A stretch of 64,000 nucleotides of DNA, from NCBI GenBank assembly GCA_040901675.1, contig JBBDYJ010000010.1, positions 266,599 through 330,598 of the forward strand, given 5' to 3'. Each line of letters starts with the position of its first letter. Position 1 is the first letter of the stretch. The notes beneath the pieces were generated by a model that was not told where the DNA came from, made no database searches, and was given only the letters and a program-made list of their open reading frames with translations. The stretch is from Pirellulales bacterium. GTDB taxonomy: Bacteria; Planctomycetota; Planctomycetia; Pirellulales; JAICIG01. The position numbers were made by a program, and so were the translations under genes. This document shows positions 9,378-19,193 of the stretch, piece by piece.

Positions 9378-9875
9378 TCACCAGATCGTCAAGCAAAACA
9401 TCGACAACAGCTCACGCATCCGCCGGCGGGCGATGCAGAGGCTGGCCCGCACCGCCTCGCGGCTGGTCTGAACGATGCCGGCCACCTCGTCCACGTCGAG
9501 CTTCTCCACGGCCACCAGGTATAGCACCTCGCGCTGCCGCGGCGGCAGCGAATCCATGGCCGCCAGCGCCCGCTGGAGCATCTCGCGATCGGCCGCCTCG
9601 GCCACCGGCCCGGCACGGTTCGTGGAAACGTCTTCGTCCAATCTTCCCGCTCGCCCCACCGCCAGGCGGCCTCGCCGCGCCTGGTCGCGCCACAGGTTGG
9701 CCGCAATGCGAAACAGCCACGCCAAGGCCGACTGCTCGTCGCGCAAGCGGCCCCGCTGCCGCCAGGCCCGCAGAAAAGTCTCCTGCGTCAGGTCCTCGGC
9801 CTGGTGACGGTCGTTGGTCAATCGCAAGGCGAAGCGGTACACGCGGGGCACATACTGTTCGAGCAGCTCATCCAC
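9378..9875 (-). CDS. ECF RNA polymerase sigma factor
   Basis: QAEDLTQETFLRAW, WLFRIAANL (region 2); LPPRQREVLYL...EVAGI (region 4). Confidence 0.9.
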   Translation of the reverse strand: MDELLEQYVPRVYRFALRLTNDRHQAEDLTQETFLRAWRQRGRLRDEQSALAWLFRIAANLWRDQARRGRLAVGRAGRLDEDVSTNRAGPVAEAADREMLQRALAAMDSLPPRQREVLYLVAVEKLDVDEVAGIVQTSREAVRASLCIARRRMRELLSMFCLTIW

Positions 9876-9970
9876 TCTCGTTCAGCCTGTGTTGGTCCCG
9901 CAAGCCGACTCGTTCGCCCTGCTCCTATCAGAAAGACGAACGAACCGCCGCGGCGCTAAAAAGAAAATCC

Positions 9971-10033
9971 TGGAACTTGGAACTTAGATCTTGGGACTTA
10001 GAGCTTCTCATTCCTCCTTCCTCCTTCCTCCTT
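9971..10033. repeat. Composite heptamer tract (GGAACTT / TTCCTCC)
   Basis: Directly visible tandem units; shares GGAACTTAGATCTTGG with the tract at 17818. Confidence 0.75.
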
Positions 10034-10388
10034 GCCTTTCCAGGACCCTGCCGTCGAGTTGCCAGGCGGAGTCGAGGGGTACGCCGAGGTGCGAAAGCGC
10101 GGTGGCGGCCACGTCGACCAGGTAGGTGGTTCCTCGAATCGAGCCCGGTTGAACACCGCCGCCGTGGACGATGAGAAAACCATTAGTGATCTCGGGCTCA
10201 CGGTGGCCTTTGCCGTGCTCGGTTCCCTTGCCGCCATGATCGGTGACGACCACGATCAGCCAGTCCTCCTCGGCCAGGGCGGCCCGGCCGGCCAGCGCCT
10301 CCAGCACGCTGCCGATGAGACTGTCGACCCGCTCGATGGCCTCGACGTACGTCCAGGCAGTGTAATGCATTCTGAACCGTGCAGCCAC
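10008..10388 (-). pseudogene. C-terminal remnant of an alkaline-phosphatase-superfamily (nucleotide pyrophosphatase-like) gene
   Basis: YVEAIERVDSLIG...LIVVVTDHGG...DVAATALSHLG...LDGR; N-terminal catalytic half absent. Confidence 0.65.
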
Positions 10389-10445
10389 AAATCGCGTACA
10401 CCAGCCAGGGCCTCGCTGCTTTTCGTTCAGCCAGGAGCCAGAGCC

Positions 10446-11870
10446 ATGTCAAGTCCCGAGGAGGCCGCCCAAGGCGCAAGGCCGCGGCGGCGGTGGTTTC
10501 AATTCGGCCTGCGGACGCTCTTGATACTGGTGGCCGCGGCGGCGGTCTTCTTGGCATTCGTCGGCGTCCGCTGGTACCGCGGCTATCTCGAACGGCAAGC
10601 GGTGGCCGAAGTCCAAAAAGTGCAGGGGTGGATCGCCCGCAATCGGGAGGGCCAGGTCGATCGAGTCTACCTGGCCGGGCCGCAGATAGACGACCCGCAG
10701 CTCGAGCGGCTGGTGCCGCACCTGAATCACCTCTGGCACCTGCGAGAGCTCGACCTGGTCAACAACACCGTAACCGACAAAGGGTTGATGCACCTCGCAC
10801 GACTCTACACGCTGCGAGAGCTGTACCTGCTCGATACGCAGGTCACCGCCGCCGGCGTCGAAAAGCTGCAGCAGGCCAGGCCCGAGCTGACGATCAAACA
10901 AACTCTGCCCAATCCGATCGGTAGCGGGATGGCCATGCGCGACATCTACAACCACGCGGTTCTGGTAGTCGCCTTCAGCCCTAATGGCCGCTGGCTGGCC
11001 TCCGGCAGCGCCGACGGCACGTTGCACCTTTGGGACGTGGCGGCGCAGAGCATCATCTGGACCGCGGCCGCCCACACCGATTGGCTCTTCTCGCTGGATT
11101 TCAGTCCCGACGGCGCGCGGCTGGCGACCGGTGGCGGCGACAACGCCATCCGGCTGTGGGACGTGGCCGGGCGGCGGGAAACGGCCGAGCTGGCCGGCCA
11201 CCGGGGCGACGTACACGGCCTGGCATTCACGCCCGACGGCGGCACGCTGGTATCGGCCAGCGACGACCGGACGGTGCGCATCTGGGATCTCGATCGGATG
11301 GAAGAGCGATTCAACCTGCAGGGGCATTCCCACACGATCCCCGGGCTGGCGCTCAGTCCTGACGGTTCTTGGGCTGCCTCCGCGAGCCGGGACGACACGA
11401 TCAGGCTTTGGGACGTGACAACCGGCCGCCTCATCCGGGTGCTCCAGGGTCATGCAGGCGACGTGACGTCGGTCGCCTTCAGCGGCGACGGCCGCACGTT
11501 GGCGTCAGCCAGCTACGACAAAACGGTCAAGCTTTGGAACACGGCCGATGGAACGTTGCGGAGCACACTTCACGGGCACGACGATTGGGTGTTCGCCGTG
11601 ACGTTTTCGCCCGACTCGTCGCGGGTGATCTCCGGCGCCGGCGACGGCTTGCGCCTCTGGGACGCCGCTTGCGGCGAATCGCTCTCGTCGCGGGGCGAGC
11701 AACGGAACATCTCCTCGCTCGCGTTCAGTCCCTGCGGCGAAATACTCGCCTCCTCATCCGCCGAAGGGAACATCGCCCTGGGCGACGCCAGCTCGGGCGG
11801 CATCAAGACGGTGCTCTGGACCCGCTACGGCGAGCGCGGCCTGAAGGGGCTCGGGATTCGCCTGCAGTAG
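10446..11870 (+). CDS. Membrane-anchored LRR + WD40-repeat protein
   Basis: RRWFQFGLRTLL N-anchor, LRELDL/LRELYL repeats, about 7 GH...WD repeats. Confidence 0.85.
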   Translation: MSSPEEAAQGARPRRRWFQFGLRTLLILVAAAAVFLAFVGVRWYRGYLERQAVAEVQKVQGWIARNREGQVDRVYLAGPQIDDPQLERLVPHLNHLWHLRELDLVNNTVTDKGLMHLARLYTLRELYLLDTQVTAAGVEKLQQARPELTIKQTLPNPIGSGMAMRDIYNHAVLVVAFSPNGRWLASGSADGTLHLWDVAAQSIIWTAAAHTDWLFSLDFSPDGARLATGGGDNAIRLWDVAGRRETAELAGHRGDVHGLAFTPDGGTLVSASDDRTVRIWDLDRMEERFNLQGHSHTIPGLALSPDGSWAASASRDDTIRLWDVTTGRLIRVLQGHAGDVTSVAFSGDGRTLASASYDKTVKLWNTADGTLRSTLHGHDDWVFAVTFSPDSSRVISGAGDGLRLWDAACGESLSSRGEQRNISSLAFSPCGEILASSSAEGNIALGDASSGGIKTVLWTRYGERGLKGLGIRLQ

Positions 11871-12012
11871 CGCCCGAACTCGGCTTGACGTAGCGTTCAG
11901 CGGCAGCTTACGGTACAGAGGGCTGGTTCCACCCCTCTGTGGCAACCCAAGTAGTAAACTTACTGAATGAGTTGAAAAACCGTGGCCACCGGAGAACCAG
12001 GAGGACGAAGAA

Positions 12013-12222
12013 ATGACAATTCACGCCATTTACGAGAATGGGGTGTTTCGCCCCACGGAACCTGTCGACTTGCCGGAACGATGCGAGGTGGAGTTCGAGC
12101 CACGCGTCATCGGCCATCCTGAGGACCCGGGGCACCTCGACCGCATCTATGCGATTCTTTCCCGTCGACATAACTCTGGAGAGCATGATGTTGCTGAGCG
12201 TCACAATGAGCACCAGCCATGA
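12013..12222 (+). CDS. DUF104/AF2212-like antitoxin
   Basis: TIHAIYENGVFRPTEPVDLPE signature; ATGA overlap with the PIN gene. Confidence 0.85.
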   Translation: MTIHAIYENGVFRPTEPVDLPERCEVEFEPRVIGHPEDPGHLDRIYAILSRRHNSGEHDVAERHNEHQP

Positions 12223-12620
12223 GCACGGTCTTTCTCGACACCGTCGGCTTGCTCGCCCTTTGGGATTCAAGCGATCAGTGGCATGGAGCGGCAGACGTTG
12301 TCTTCCGACAACTGCTGGTCCAGCGTTATCACTGTGTCACGACGTCGTTTGTACTGCTCGAATGTGGCAACGCTGCGGCTCGCTATTCCTATCGCACCGA
12401 CGTGTACGACCTTCGGCAGGAAATGGAAGCGCACGGCAATATCGTTGTCCCAGGCGAAGATGATCAAAGGTCGGCCTGGGAGGCCTATCATCGTGGCGAT
12501 GCGGCCCAGGCCGGGATCGTCGATCTGGTATCGTTCGTCGTGATGCGGCGCCTGGGAATCACGGACGCGTTTACCAACGATTCCCATTTCCGCGCTGCGG
12601 GTTTCGTGACGCTGTTTTGA
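12219..12620 (+). CDS. vapC: VapC-like PIN-domain toxin
   Basis: VFLDT...LLE...IVDLVSF...AFTNDSHF acidic PIN tetrad. Confidence 0.85.
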   Translation: MSTVFLDTVGLLALWDSSDQWHGAADVVFRQLLVQRYHCVTTSFVLLECGNAAARYSYRTDVYDLRQEMEAHGNIVVPGEDDQRSAWEAYHRGDAAQAGIVDLVSFVVMRRLGITDAFTNDSHFRAAGFVTLF

Positions 12621-12659
12621 CCGTCGACCGCGATCCGCGGAATCGCGCAGGCTCGGTTG

Positions 12660-15600
12660 TCAACGCGCCTCCGGCTGCAGGCGCACGGCCTTGAGGTCGA
12701 ACAGAAAACCGGCGAGGCCGGGCTCGGCGCGGACGGTGATCTGGCGGCGGCCGGCTTCCAGCTCGACGTGGCCGAGCTGGACCTGCCGATAGGTGTCCCA
12801 GTTGCCGGTGCCGGAGGCCTTGCCGCCAAGCCGCTGGCCGGCCGTCTCCACGACAAACAGGTTGCCGGCCGTCTCGTCCGCACAGGCGTAGTCGATCGAG
12901 ACCGCGTAGCGGCCGGGCCGCTCGACCTCGAACGACCAGACGGCATGGTCGTCGGCGCTCTGCCAGTAACCGAGGTTGCCGTACTGCGGCTCAAAGACCA
13001 GCGTGCTGCCGTAGATCTCGGCCTGCGAGGCCAACAGCCAGAACTCGCCTCGCAAAGATTCGGGCCGCACCAGCTCCGGCTGGTTGCCTTCGAACCTGCG
13101 GCGGGGCGGGCGGATCGAGCCCAGGTATGCAAGCAGGTCGGCCACCTCCGACGGCCCGACGTCCTTCTCCAGACCTTCGGGCATCAGCGACTTGGACGAG
13201 CCTTGCAGCTCCTCCAGCTCACTGCGCAGCAGCTCGGTCTGTTTGCCGTCGGCCGCCAACAGGGTGATGCTGTTGCCGCTCTCGGCCTTGAGCATGCCGG
13301 TGTACGTCAGGCCGGCGGTTGTCTGGGCCGTGTAACTGACGTACTTGGCCTCGACCGCCCGATTGGGATCGAGCATCGCGACGAGCATCGACTCGGGCGA
13401 CTTGTCCGAGAGGGCCGAAATGTCGGGCCCCACCGGGTGGCCCACGTCGCCCAAACGATGGCAACTCGCACAGCTCTTCTTAAAGACGGCCGCTCCTCGC
13501 TCGATATCCCCCGACATTCGCAGCGCCGACTGGTATTCCTCCAACACGTGGCGGCGATCAGTGGCGGTGCCGGCCAGCAGCTCGGCGGCCCGCAGGCGAA
13601 TGCGTTCGTCTTCGTGCCCGAGCAGGCGCTGAGCGCGAGCCGCATCGAGATCCGCGGCCAGAATGCGGCCCTCGGCCAGTTGCTCGATCAAGGCATCGAG
13701 CCAATTCCGCCGAGCCAGCAGCACGTCGAGCACCTGCCCGCGCAGCTCCGGGCCGTAGCTGCTCCACCCAGCCACCAGCAGTTGCGGCGCGTTGTCGAGG
13801 TTCAGCCGCGCCAGGGCCGCCACCGCCGCCGACTGCAGGCGGCCGGGAGTCTGCGGATTCAAGAGCGCCACCAGCGTTTCGACATCGTCCTGGCGGCGTT
13901 CGTTTTCGCGGCCCAGCAGGCCGATTGCCAGCAGCCGATCTTCGTCGCTGGCGGCCGGCTCGGCGATCAGGCGCCTGGCGGCAGCGAAGACGTTGCTCAA
14001 GCGGTCGAGCGAGGCCTGCAATTCGTTGGCCGACCGGTCGCGCAGATCGGCCAGCGAAACCTGCCGGCGATCGAGGGCGTCGAGCAATCCGCTCAAGGCC
14101 CTAAACTGCCACGCGGCATAATCACCATCCGCGGGTTCGGCGATCGCCGCCAGGCCCAAGCTCAGCGCCTGCTGGTGGTCCAAAGCGGCGGCCAGGCTGA
14201 GCAATTGTTCCAAGAGGCCGGCAACAACCTGCTTGTCATCGCCGGCGGCGAGCACGCCACGCAGCGTCTGGGCAAGGTTGTGCCCGCCCACGGAGCTGAG
14301 CACGGCAGCCGTGGCATAGACGTCGCCGCGGCAGCTCAGAGCCAGCCGGGCCAGCGCCGTGCCGGCTGCCGGCGCGTGCCACTCGCCCAGGCTGTAGGCC
14401 ACCTGCACGCGGAGCTGCGGGTCGGCGTCATCGGCCAGGCCGGCCACCAGCCCGGCCAACTCCGGCGACTCATCGAGCCACCGCTCGCTCAGCCGCACCG
14501 CATGCCGGCGAACACCGGGATGAGGATCGGCCAGCGCCGTACGCAGCAGCGGCACCGCGAGAGCGTCGAGCCCGTCCAGCGTACACAGCGCGTGCAGCCG
14601 CGCCTGGGGAGGCCGCCCGGCATCGGCCAGCATCGCTTCCAACAGCGCGACCGCCTGCCGATCGCGCTTGTGGACGAGCAACTGCTGCGCCATGTCGCGC
14701 TGCCATCCGCTGGGGCTGTCGAGCGCCGCGACCAGCCCGGCCGTATCGAGCCGATCGAGCCGCGGGAACCCTCTGGGTTTCCGGCCGGAGGGATAAACGC
14801 GATAGATCCGCCCCTTGTCGTGGCCCGCCCGCAGATCGAGCCGCTCTTGCCACTCCTGCGGGATCCACTCCGGATGCTCGATCACGGCCCGGTACATATC
14901 GGCCACCCACAGCGCCCCATCAGGGCCGGCGCGGACCATGGTGGGCCTGAACCAGTGGTCGGTCGAGGCCAAAAACTCGCTCTGCTGTTCATCGGGCGCC
15001 CGGCGGCTGGTGAACGTGACGCCCTTGGCCGAGACCACTTCGCGGTGGACCAGGTTGTGGACCGGCTCGCACACGAACGAGTTGCCCGCGAACTCGGGGC
15101 CGAACAGATCGTCGCGGTAGATGATCGATGAGCAGGCCGAGGTGAAGCAGTTGGCGGCGTTGAAATCGTTGAAACGCGGCAGCGTGCGGCTGACGGGGAA
15201 CACCGGGGCGGCGCCGGGCGCTTCGGACACCTGCACGGTGGCGCCGGGTGACGGCAGGTGCGGATTTCGCCTGAGATAGTGGTCGGCCAGCACGAAGTGG
15301 AACATCGGATTCGAATTGTTCGACCCGAACCAGTTGCCCCAATCGTCCCGCTCGCGCATGAACTGCGTCTGCCCCGACTGCGGGTCGATCAGCCCTTCGT
15401 CGGGCCGGATGCGGAAGTCGCGGCCGCCGATGGCCACCCGCCGGCCGGTCTGGACCGATTCGATCTCGCCGCCGCTGTCGCCGTTGGCGCAGTACACCCA
15501 GTTGTCGAGCCCCCAACGCAGCCCGTTCACGCGGTGCTGCTGATTCCCCTCGCCGAAGCCCTTGTACAGCGTGCGCCGCAGGTCGGCCCGGCCATCGCCA

Positions 15601-17816
15601 TCCGTGTCGGCCGCGTAAAAAATCTCCGGAGCGCAAGAGACCAGAACGCCGTCGCGCCATGGCATGACTCCGGACGGATAGCCCAGGCCGTCCAGAAACA
15701 GGGTCGATTTGTCGTAGCGGCCATCCCGGTCGGTGTCCTCCAGAAAGCGCACGCGTCCGCCATGCTTGCCCTGACCGTCGATGCCCAGCGGCCCGTCGAT
15801 GCCCAAAGGATAGTCGGCCATCTCGACCACCCACAGCTTGCCGTCGGCGCCCCAGGCAAAGGCCACGGGATCCATCACCAGCGGTTCGGCGGCCACCAGC
15901 TCGATCTCGAAGCCGGGCCTGGGCCGGAACGAACGCAGTGCCGCCGAGGGCGACTTGGCCTGCGGTTCGACGTCCCGCAGCATGTCGTCCAGCGATCGGC
16001 GAAACACCAGGTCCTGCAGCCGGTCGGTGTTCTCGTTCTGAATCCAGAGGTGCCGCGAGTGGAACCAGGCGCCTTGATTCGTCCCCGCCAGGACAAAGGG
16101 CGGAATCTCGTTCTGCTCCGGGCGCTTGCCGGCCAGCACCTGCCGCGGCCAGCCTTCGTCGATCGACGTGAACAGGTGCAGCGAGTAGCCCGATCCGTCG
16201 GAAAACATCAAGTCGTCGTGGCCGTCTTCGTCCACGTCGACCCAGCGCAGCCCGGCGTCGCGTCCTTGACCATCGACGATGGCGGTTCCGGCCGGCAAGC
16301 CGAACGGCAAGGGCCGCCACGTTTCGTTCGTGCCGTCCCAACCGAGCACGCCCTGCCGATCGGGGCCGCCCACGATGCACTCGGCGCAACCGTCGCCATC
16401 CACGTCGCGCAGCCGGACGCCCAGGTCGCGACCCTGGTGGGCGAGGCGGACAGGCTGGCCATCCAGCTCCAGGCCGGCCAGCAATGCCTTGTCTGGCACC
16501 CAACCCCGGGCGTCGAACGTCCAAGCACTTCGAACCTCCTCGTTCGAGACCCAAAGCGACACCTGGCCGCCACGGACGACGCCGAAACGCGCGCCTGCAT
16601 CTCGGGCTGCACCGCCCGCCGCCGTCCTGGTCAGCAGCGCGGGAAAGTCGCCATCGATCCATTCACGCCGCTCGGGCGACCAGAGCCGGGTCTGGCGCAA
16701 CTGCTCGTTGCCGATCACAACGTCCAGCCAGCCATCGGTGTCCAGGTCGATGAGGCGGACGCCATTGTCCTGGCCATCGGCGGCCCGCAGCGGCTGGCCC
16801 GCCAGCAGGTGTGCGTTCAATCGGTGCTGGGCTTCGCGGAACGTGAGGAACTTGACCTTGCCGCCGTGCCGGGCGAGGGCGTGGTCGATGAGGCTGATGA
16901 CCTGGTCGTTTCGAATCCAGCCGTGGGGGTGGAACACCAGGTTGAACACACCCTGCTTGACGACCGTGGCGTCCAGGGCCGCCTGCATGTCGGCAACCGT
17001 CAGCGGGTTGTTCGGTTTTTGCAGGTGCTGGGCCTGCCAGTCGCTGGGCGTGGCACAGGGGAACTGCCAGCAGAGCCGGCCGATCACGTAGGGATACGGA
17101 TAGTTCTCGATGGTGTTGACGAACGAGCGGTCGAGGGGCAGATACTTGCGAAAACGCTCGCGGCCTTCGCCGTCGAGCACCAGCTCGCGCGGCAGTTGCG
17201 CGTCGTCGGAGGTGAGCACATTGAACACCGAGCTGTCGATCGACAAAAAGTGCCCTGCGGGCGTGACCTGGTTGAATATCTCGGCGTAGAACCGCGGGCT
17301 GGGCGTGTTGAGCGAATCGCAGCAGGGGACGCGAAAGGCGACGGCCCGGCTGCCCGGCACGCGGTTCATCAGTTCGACGCACCCATCGAATGTCGCCTTG
17401 GCCTTGTCGAAATCGCCTTTCTGGAGGAGCGGGCAAGGGTGATCCAGGCTGTGCGTTTCCAGGCTCAATCCCTCGTCGAGCCACTGCCGGAGGTGCGGAT
17501 GGGCCGGGTCGATCCGGCAGGTCATGATGCTGACCGGTGCACGGCCGTCGATCTGCTTCAAGCGCTGCAGGATCGGCCGCAGGTATTCTTCCCAGCGCTC
17601 GTGGCCGCGCATGTCGTCGATGGCCAGCACCACGACGGCCTCGACCTCCGGCTCGCCCACCCATTGCGGCGTGGCCAGCCGGGCGAAGTCGCGCGAAACG
17701 TAGTACGGATCGCTCTCGTCCAGGTAGACCAGCCGGTTAGCGTCCGCCGGCCCATCGGCCCCCGCGGCCATGGCACCGATCGACAAGATAATCAGCAGGA
17801 TGGAGCAGACGCGCAT
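12660..17816 (-). CDS. PVC-type heme-binding membrane-bound dehydrogenase-like multidomain protein
   Basis: Signal peptide; NodB-like domain (IDDM...ETHSLDHP); FG-GAP repeats (DLDTDGWLD, DVDGDG); propeller (FEIELVAAEPLVMDPV); HEAT repeats; CASCH..VGPD; CBM-like C-terminus. Confidence 0.85.
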   Translation of the reverse strand: MRVCSILLIILSIGAMAAGADGPADANRLVYLDESDPYYVSRDFARLATPQWVGEPEVEAVVVLAIDDMRGHERWEEYLRPILQRLKQIDGRAPVSIMTCRIDPAHPHLRQWLDEGLSLETHSLDHPCPLLQKGDFDKAKATFDGCVELMNRVPGSRAVAFRVPCCDSLNTPSPRFYAEIFNQVTPAGHFLSIDSSVFNVLTSDDAQLPRELVLDGEGRERFRKYLPLDRSFVNTIENYPYPYVIGRLCWQFPCATPSDWQAQHLQKPNNPLTVADMQAALDATVVKQGVFNLVFHPHGWIRNDQVISLIDHALARHGGKVKFLTFREAQHRLNAHLLAGQPLRAADGQDNGVRLIDLDTDGWLDVVIGNEQLRQTRLWSPERREWIDGDFPALLTRTAAGGAARDAGARFGVVRGGQVSLWVSNEEVRSAWTFDARGWVPDKALLAGLELDGQPVRLAHQGRDLGVRLRDVDGDGCAECIVGGPDRQGVLGWDGTNETWRPLPFGLPAGTAIVDGQGRDAGLRWVDVDEDGHDDLMFSDGSGYSLHLFTSIDEGWPRQVLAGKRPEQNEIPPFVLAGTNQGAWFHSRHLWIQNENTDRLQDLVFRRSLDDMLRDVEPQAKSPSAALRSFRPRPGFEIELVAAEPLVMDPVAFAWGADGKLWVVEMADYPLGIDGPLGIDGQGKHGGRVRFLEDTDRDGRYDKSTLFLDGLGYPSGVMPWRDGVLVSCAPEIFYAADTDGDGRADLRRTLYKGFGEGNQQHRVNGLRWGLDNWVYCANGDSGGEIESVQTGRRVAIGGRDFRIRPDEGLIDPQSGQTQFMRERDDWGNWFGSNNSNPMFHFVLADHYLRRNPHLPSPGATVQVSEAPGAAPVFPVSRTLPRFNDFNAANCFTSACSSIIYRDDLFGPEFAGNSFVCEPVHNLVHREVVSAKGVTFTSRRAPDEQQSEFLASTDHWFRPTMVRAGPDGALWVADMYRAVIEHPEWIPQEWQERLDLRAGHDKGRIYRVYPSGRKPRGFPRLDRLDTAGLVAALDSPSGWQRDMAQQLLVHKRDRQAVALLEAMLADAGRPPQARLHALCTLDGLDALAVPLLRTALADPHPGVRRHAVRLSERWLDESPELAGLVAGLADDADPQLRVQVAYSLGEWHAPAAGTALARLALSCRGDVYATAAVLSSVGGHNLAQTLRGVLAAGDDKQVVAGLLEQLLSLAAALDHQQALSLGLAAIAEPADGDYAAWQFRALSGLLDALDRRQVSLADLRDRSANELQASLDRLSNVFAAARRLIAEPAASDEDRLLAIGLLGRENERRQDDVETLVALLNPQTPGRLQSAAVAALARLNLDNAPQLLVAGWSSYGPELRGQVLDVLLARRNWLDALIEQLAEGRILAADLDAARAQRLLGHEDERIRLRAAELLAGTATDRRHVLEEYQSALRMSGDIERGAAVFKKSCASCHRLGDVGHPVGPDISALSDKSPESMLVAMLDPNRAVEAKYVSYTAQTTAGLTYTGMLKAESGNSITLLAADGKQTELLRSELEELQGSSKSLMPEGLEKDVGPSEVADLLAYLGSIRPPRRRFEGNQPELVRPESLRGEFWLLASQAEIYGSTLVFEPQYGNLGYWQSADDHAVWSFEVERPGRYAVSIDYACADETAGNLFVVETAGQRLGGKASGTGNWDTYRQVQLGHVELEAGRRQITVRAEPGLAGFLFDLKAVRLQPEAR

Positions 17817-17817
17817 C

Positions 17818-17973
17818 GGAACTTAGATCTTGGAATTTGGAACTCGGGACTCGGATCTTAGAACTTGAATTTAGAGCTTCCGTCTCGCCCCTTCCCCCCT
17901 TCCCCCCTTCCCCCCTTCCTCCGTCTGCCTTCTGCCTTCTGCCTTCTGCCTTCTGCCTTCTGCCTTCTGCCTT
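17818..17973. repeat. Composite tandem tract (GGAACTT, CCCCTTCC, TGCCTTC units)
   Basis: About 7 TGCCTTC units preceded by 8-mer and 7-mer blocks. Confidence 0.9.
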
Positions 17974-17980
17974 TCTCCTA

Positions 17981-18970
17981 TCACCACTTCCAGCCGGATC
18001 GGACCTGCGGGTTGACGACGCAGACTTCGGGCCAGCGGCCTTGATGCAGGTCGACCAGGCACTGCGCAGCGAGCGATCCCATGTCGCGCTCGGAATCGTG
18101 GTCCAACCCGCCCATGTGGGGAGACAACAGCACATTGTCCAGCTTGAGCAGCGGGCTGTCCAAGGGCAAGGGCTCGACCTTGAAGACGTCGAGCCCCGCG
18201 GCGAACAAGTGGCCGCCGGCCAGCGCCTTGACTAAGGCGTCTTCGTCGACCAGGCCGCCGCGGGCCGTGTTGATCAGCACGCTGCCCGGTTTCATCCGGG
18301 CCAACGTGCGGTCGTTGATAAGGTTGGTGGTTTCGGGCGTGCAGGGCGAGTGCAGGCTGACGACGTCGGCCTCCGCCAGCAATTCATCCAGCGGACACAA
18401 CCGCACGCCGTGCAGCTCGGCGAACTGTCGGTCGGGATACGGATCGCAGGCGATCACCCGCAAGCCGAGTCCCACGGCCCGCGGCACGACCGCCTTGCCG
18501 ATGCGTCCCAGGCCGACCAGTCCGATCGTCTTGCCGGCCAGCCGCGCGAGAGGCTTGCGCTCCCAGACCCCGCTGCGCACCTCCCGGTCACGGCCGGGAA
18601 AGCCTCGGTACACACCCAGCAGCAGAGCGATCGTTTGTTCGGCCACCGAGTGGTCGTTGGTGCCGGGAACAATGGTAACCGGAATGCCCAGCTCGGTGGC
18701 GGCCGGCACGTCGATGGCGTCGTATCCCACGCCCATGCGTGCGATCGCCCGCAGCTTGGCGCGGGACAGGACTTCGCGGGTGTACAGCTCGCTGCCGGCC
18801 AGCACGCCCGAAACTCCGTCCAGCTCGGCCAGCAACCGCTGGGGATCGGCCGCCGATTCGGACAAGGGCTGGCTGGGATAGACTACTTCAAAACTGGCCT
18901 GCTGCAGGATCTCGCTGTATTGGCCGGGCCGGTTACGCAAAAGATAGGGCGTGACGAGAATGCGGGGCAT
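17981..18970 (-). CDS. D-2-hydroxyacid (phosphoglycerate-type) dehydrogenase
   Basis: GVGYDAID, GLVGLGRIG, LINTARGGLVDE, LDVFKVEP, SPHMGG. Confidence 0.9.
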   Translation of the reverse strand: MPRILVTPYLLRNRPGQYSEILQQASFEVVYPSQPLSESAADPQRLLAELDGVSGVLAGSELYTREVLSRAKLRAIARMGVGYDAIDVPAATELGIPVTIVPGTNDHSVAEQTIALLLGVYRGFPGRDREVRSGVWERKPLARLAGKTIGLVGLGRIGKAVVPRAVGLGLRVIACDPYPDRQFAELHGVRLCPLDELLAEADVVSLHSPCTPETTNLINDRTLARMKPGSVLINTARGGLVDEDALVKALAGGHLFAAGLDVFKVEPLPLDSPLLKLDNVLLSPHMGGLDHDSERDMGSLAAQCLVDLHQGRWPEVCVVNPQVRSGWKW

Positions 18971-19193
18971 CTTGGAGGCCGGGTGGAGAGGTGGTGGAGA
19001 CGCCGTGGGGGCCGGGAGCCAGCGGCAGTTCGAGTGCATGAACAACCCAGCGGTTGTACTCGACGGCGCGCGTGCATTCAAGCGGCGAGCGCTTGGGCTC
19101 AGCAAAGCCCGCAGCGGCGGCGCACTTGGCTTGACACCACGGACAGCAGCCGGGGAAAATGGCCACAGAGAGACGAACGGAGGAGGAGAGGCA

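Noticed and set aside
10032..10445. N-terminal extension of the WD40 ORF
   Set aside because: It is the antisense of the phosphatase remnant; the anchor motif begins at ATG 10446.
12657..17861. Long plus-strand ORFs (824 and 867 aa)
   Set aside because: Antisense shadows of the 1718-aa gene, typical of high-GC codon bias. The same applies to 1467-3326, 20450-22771 and 48255-50255.
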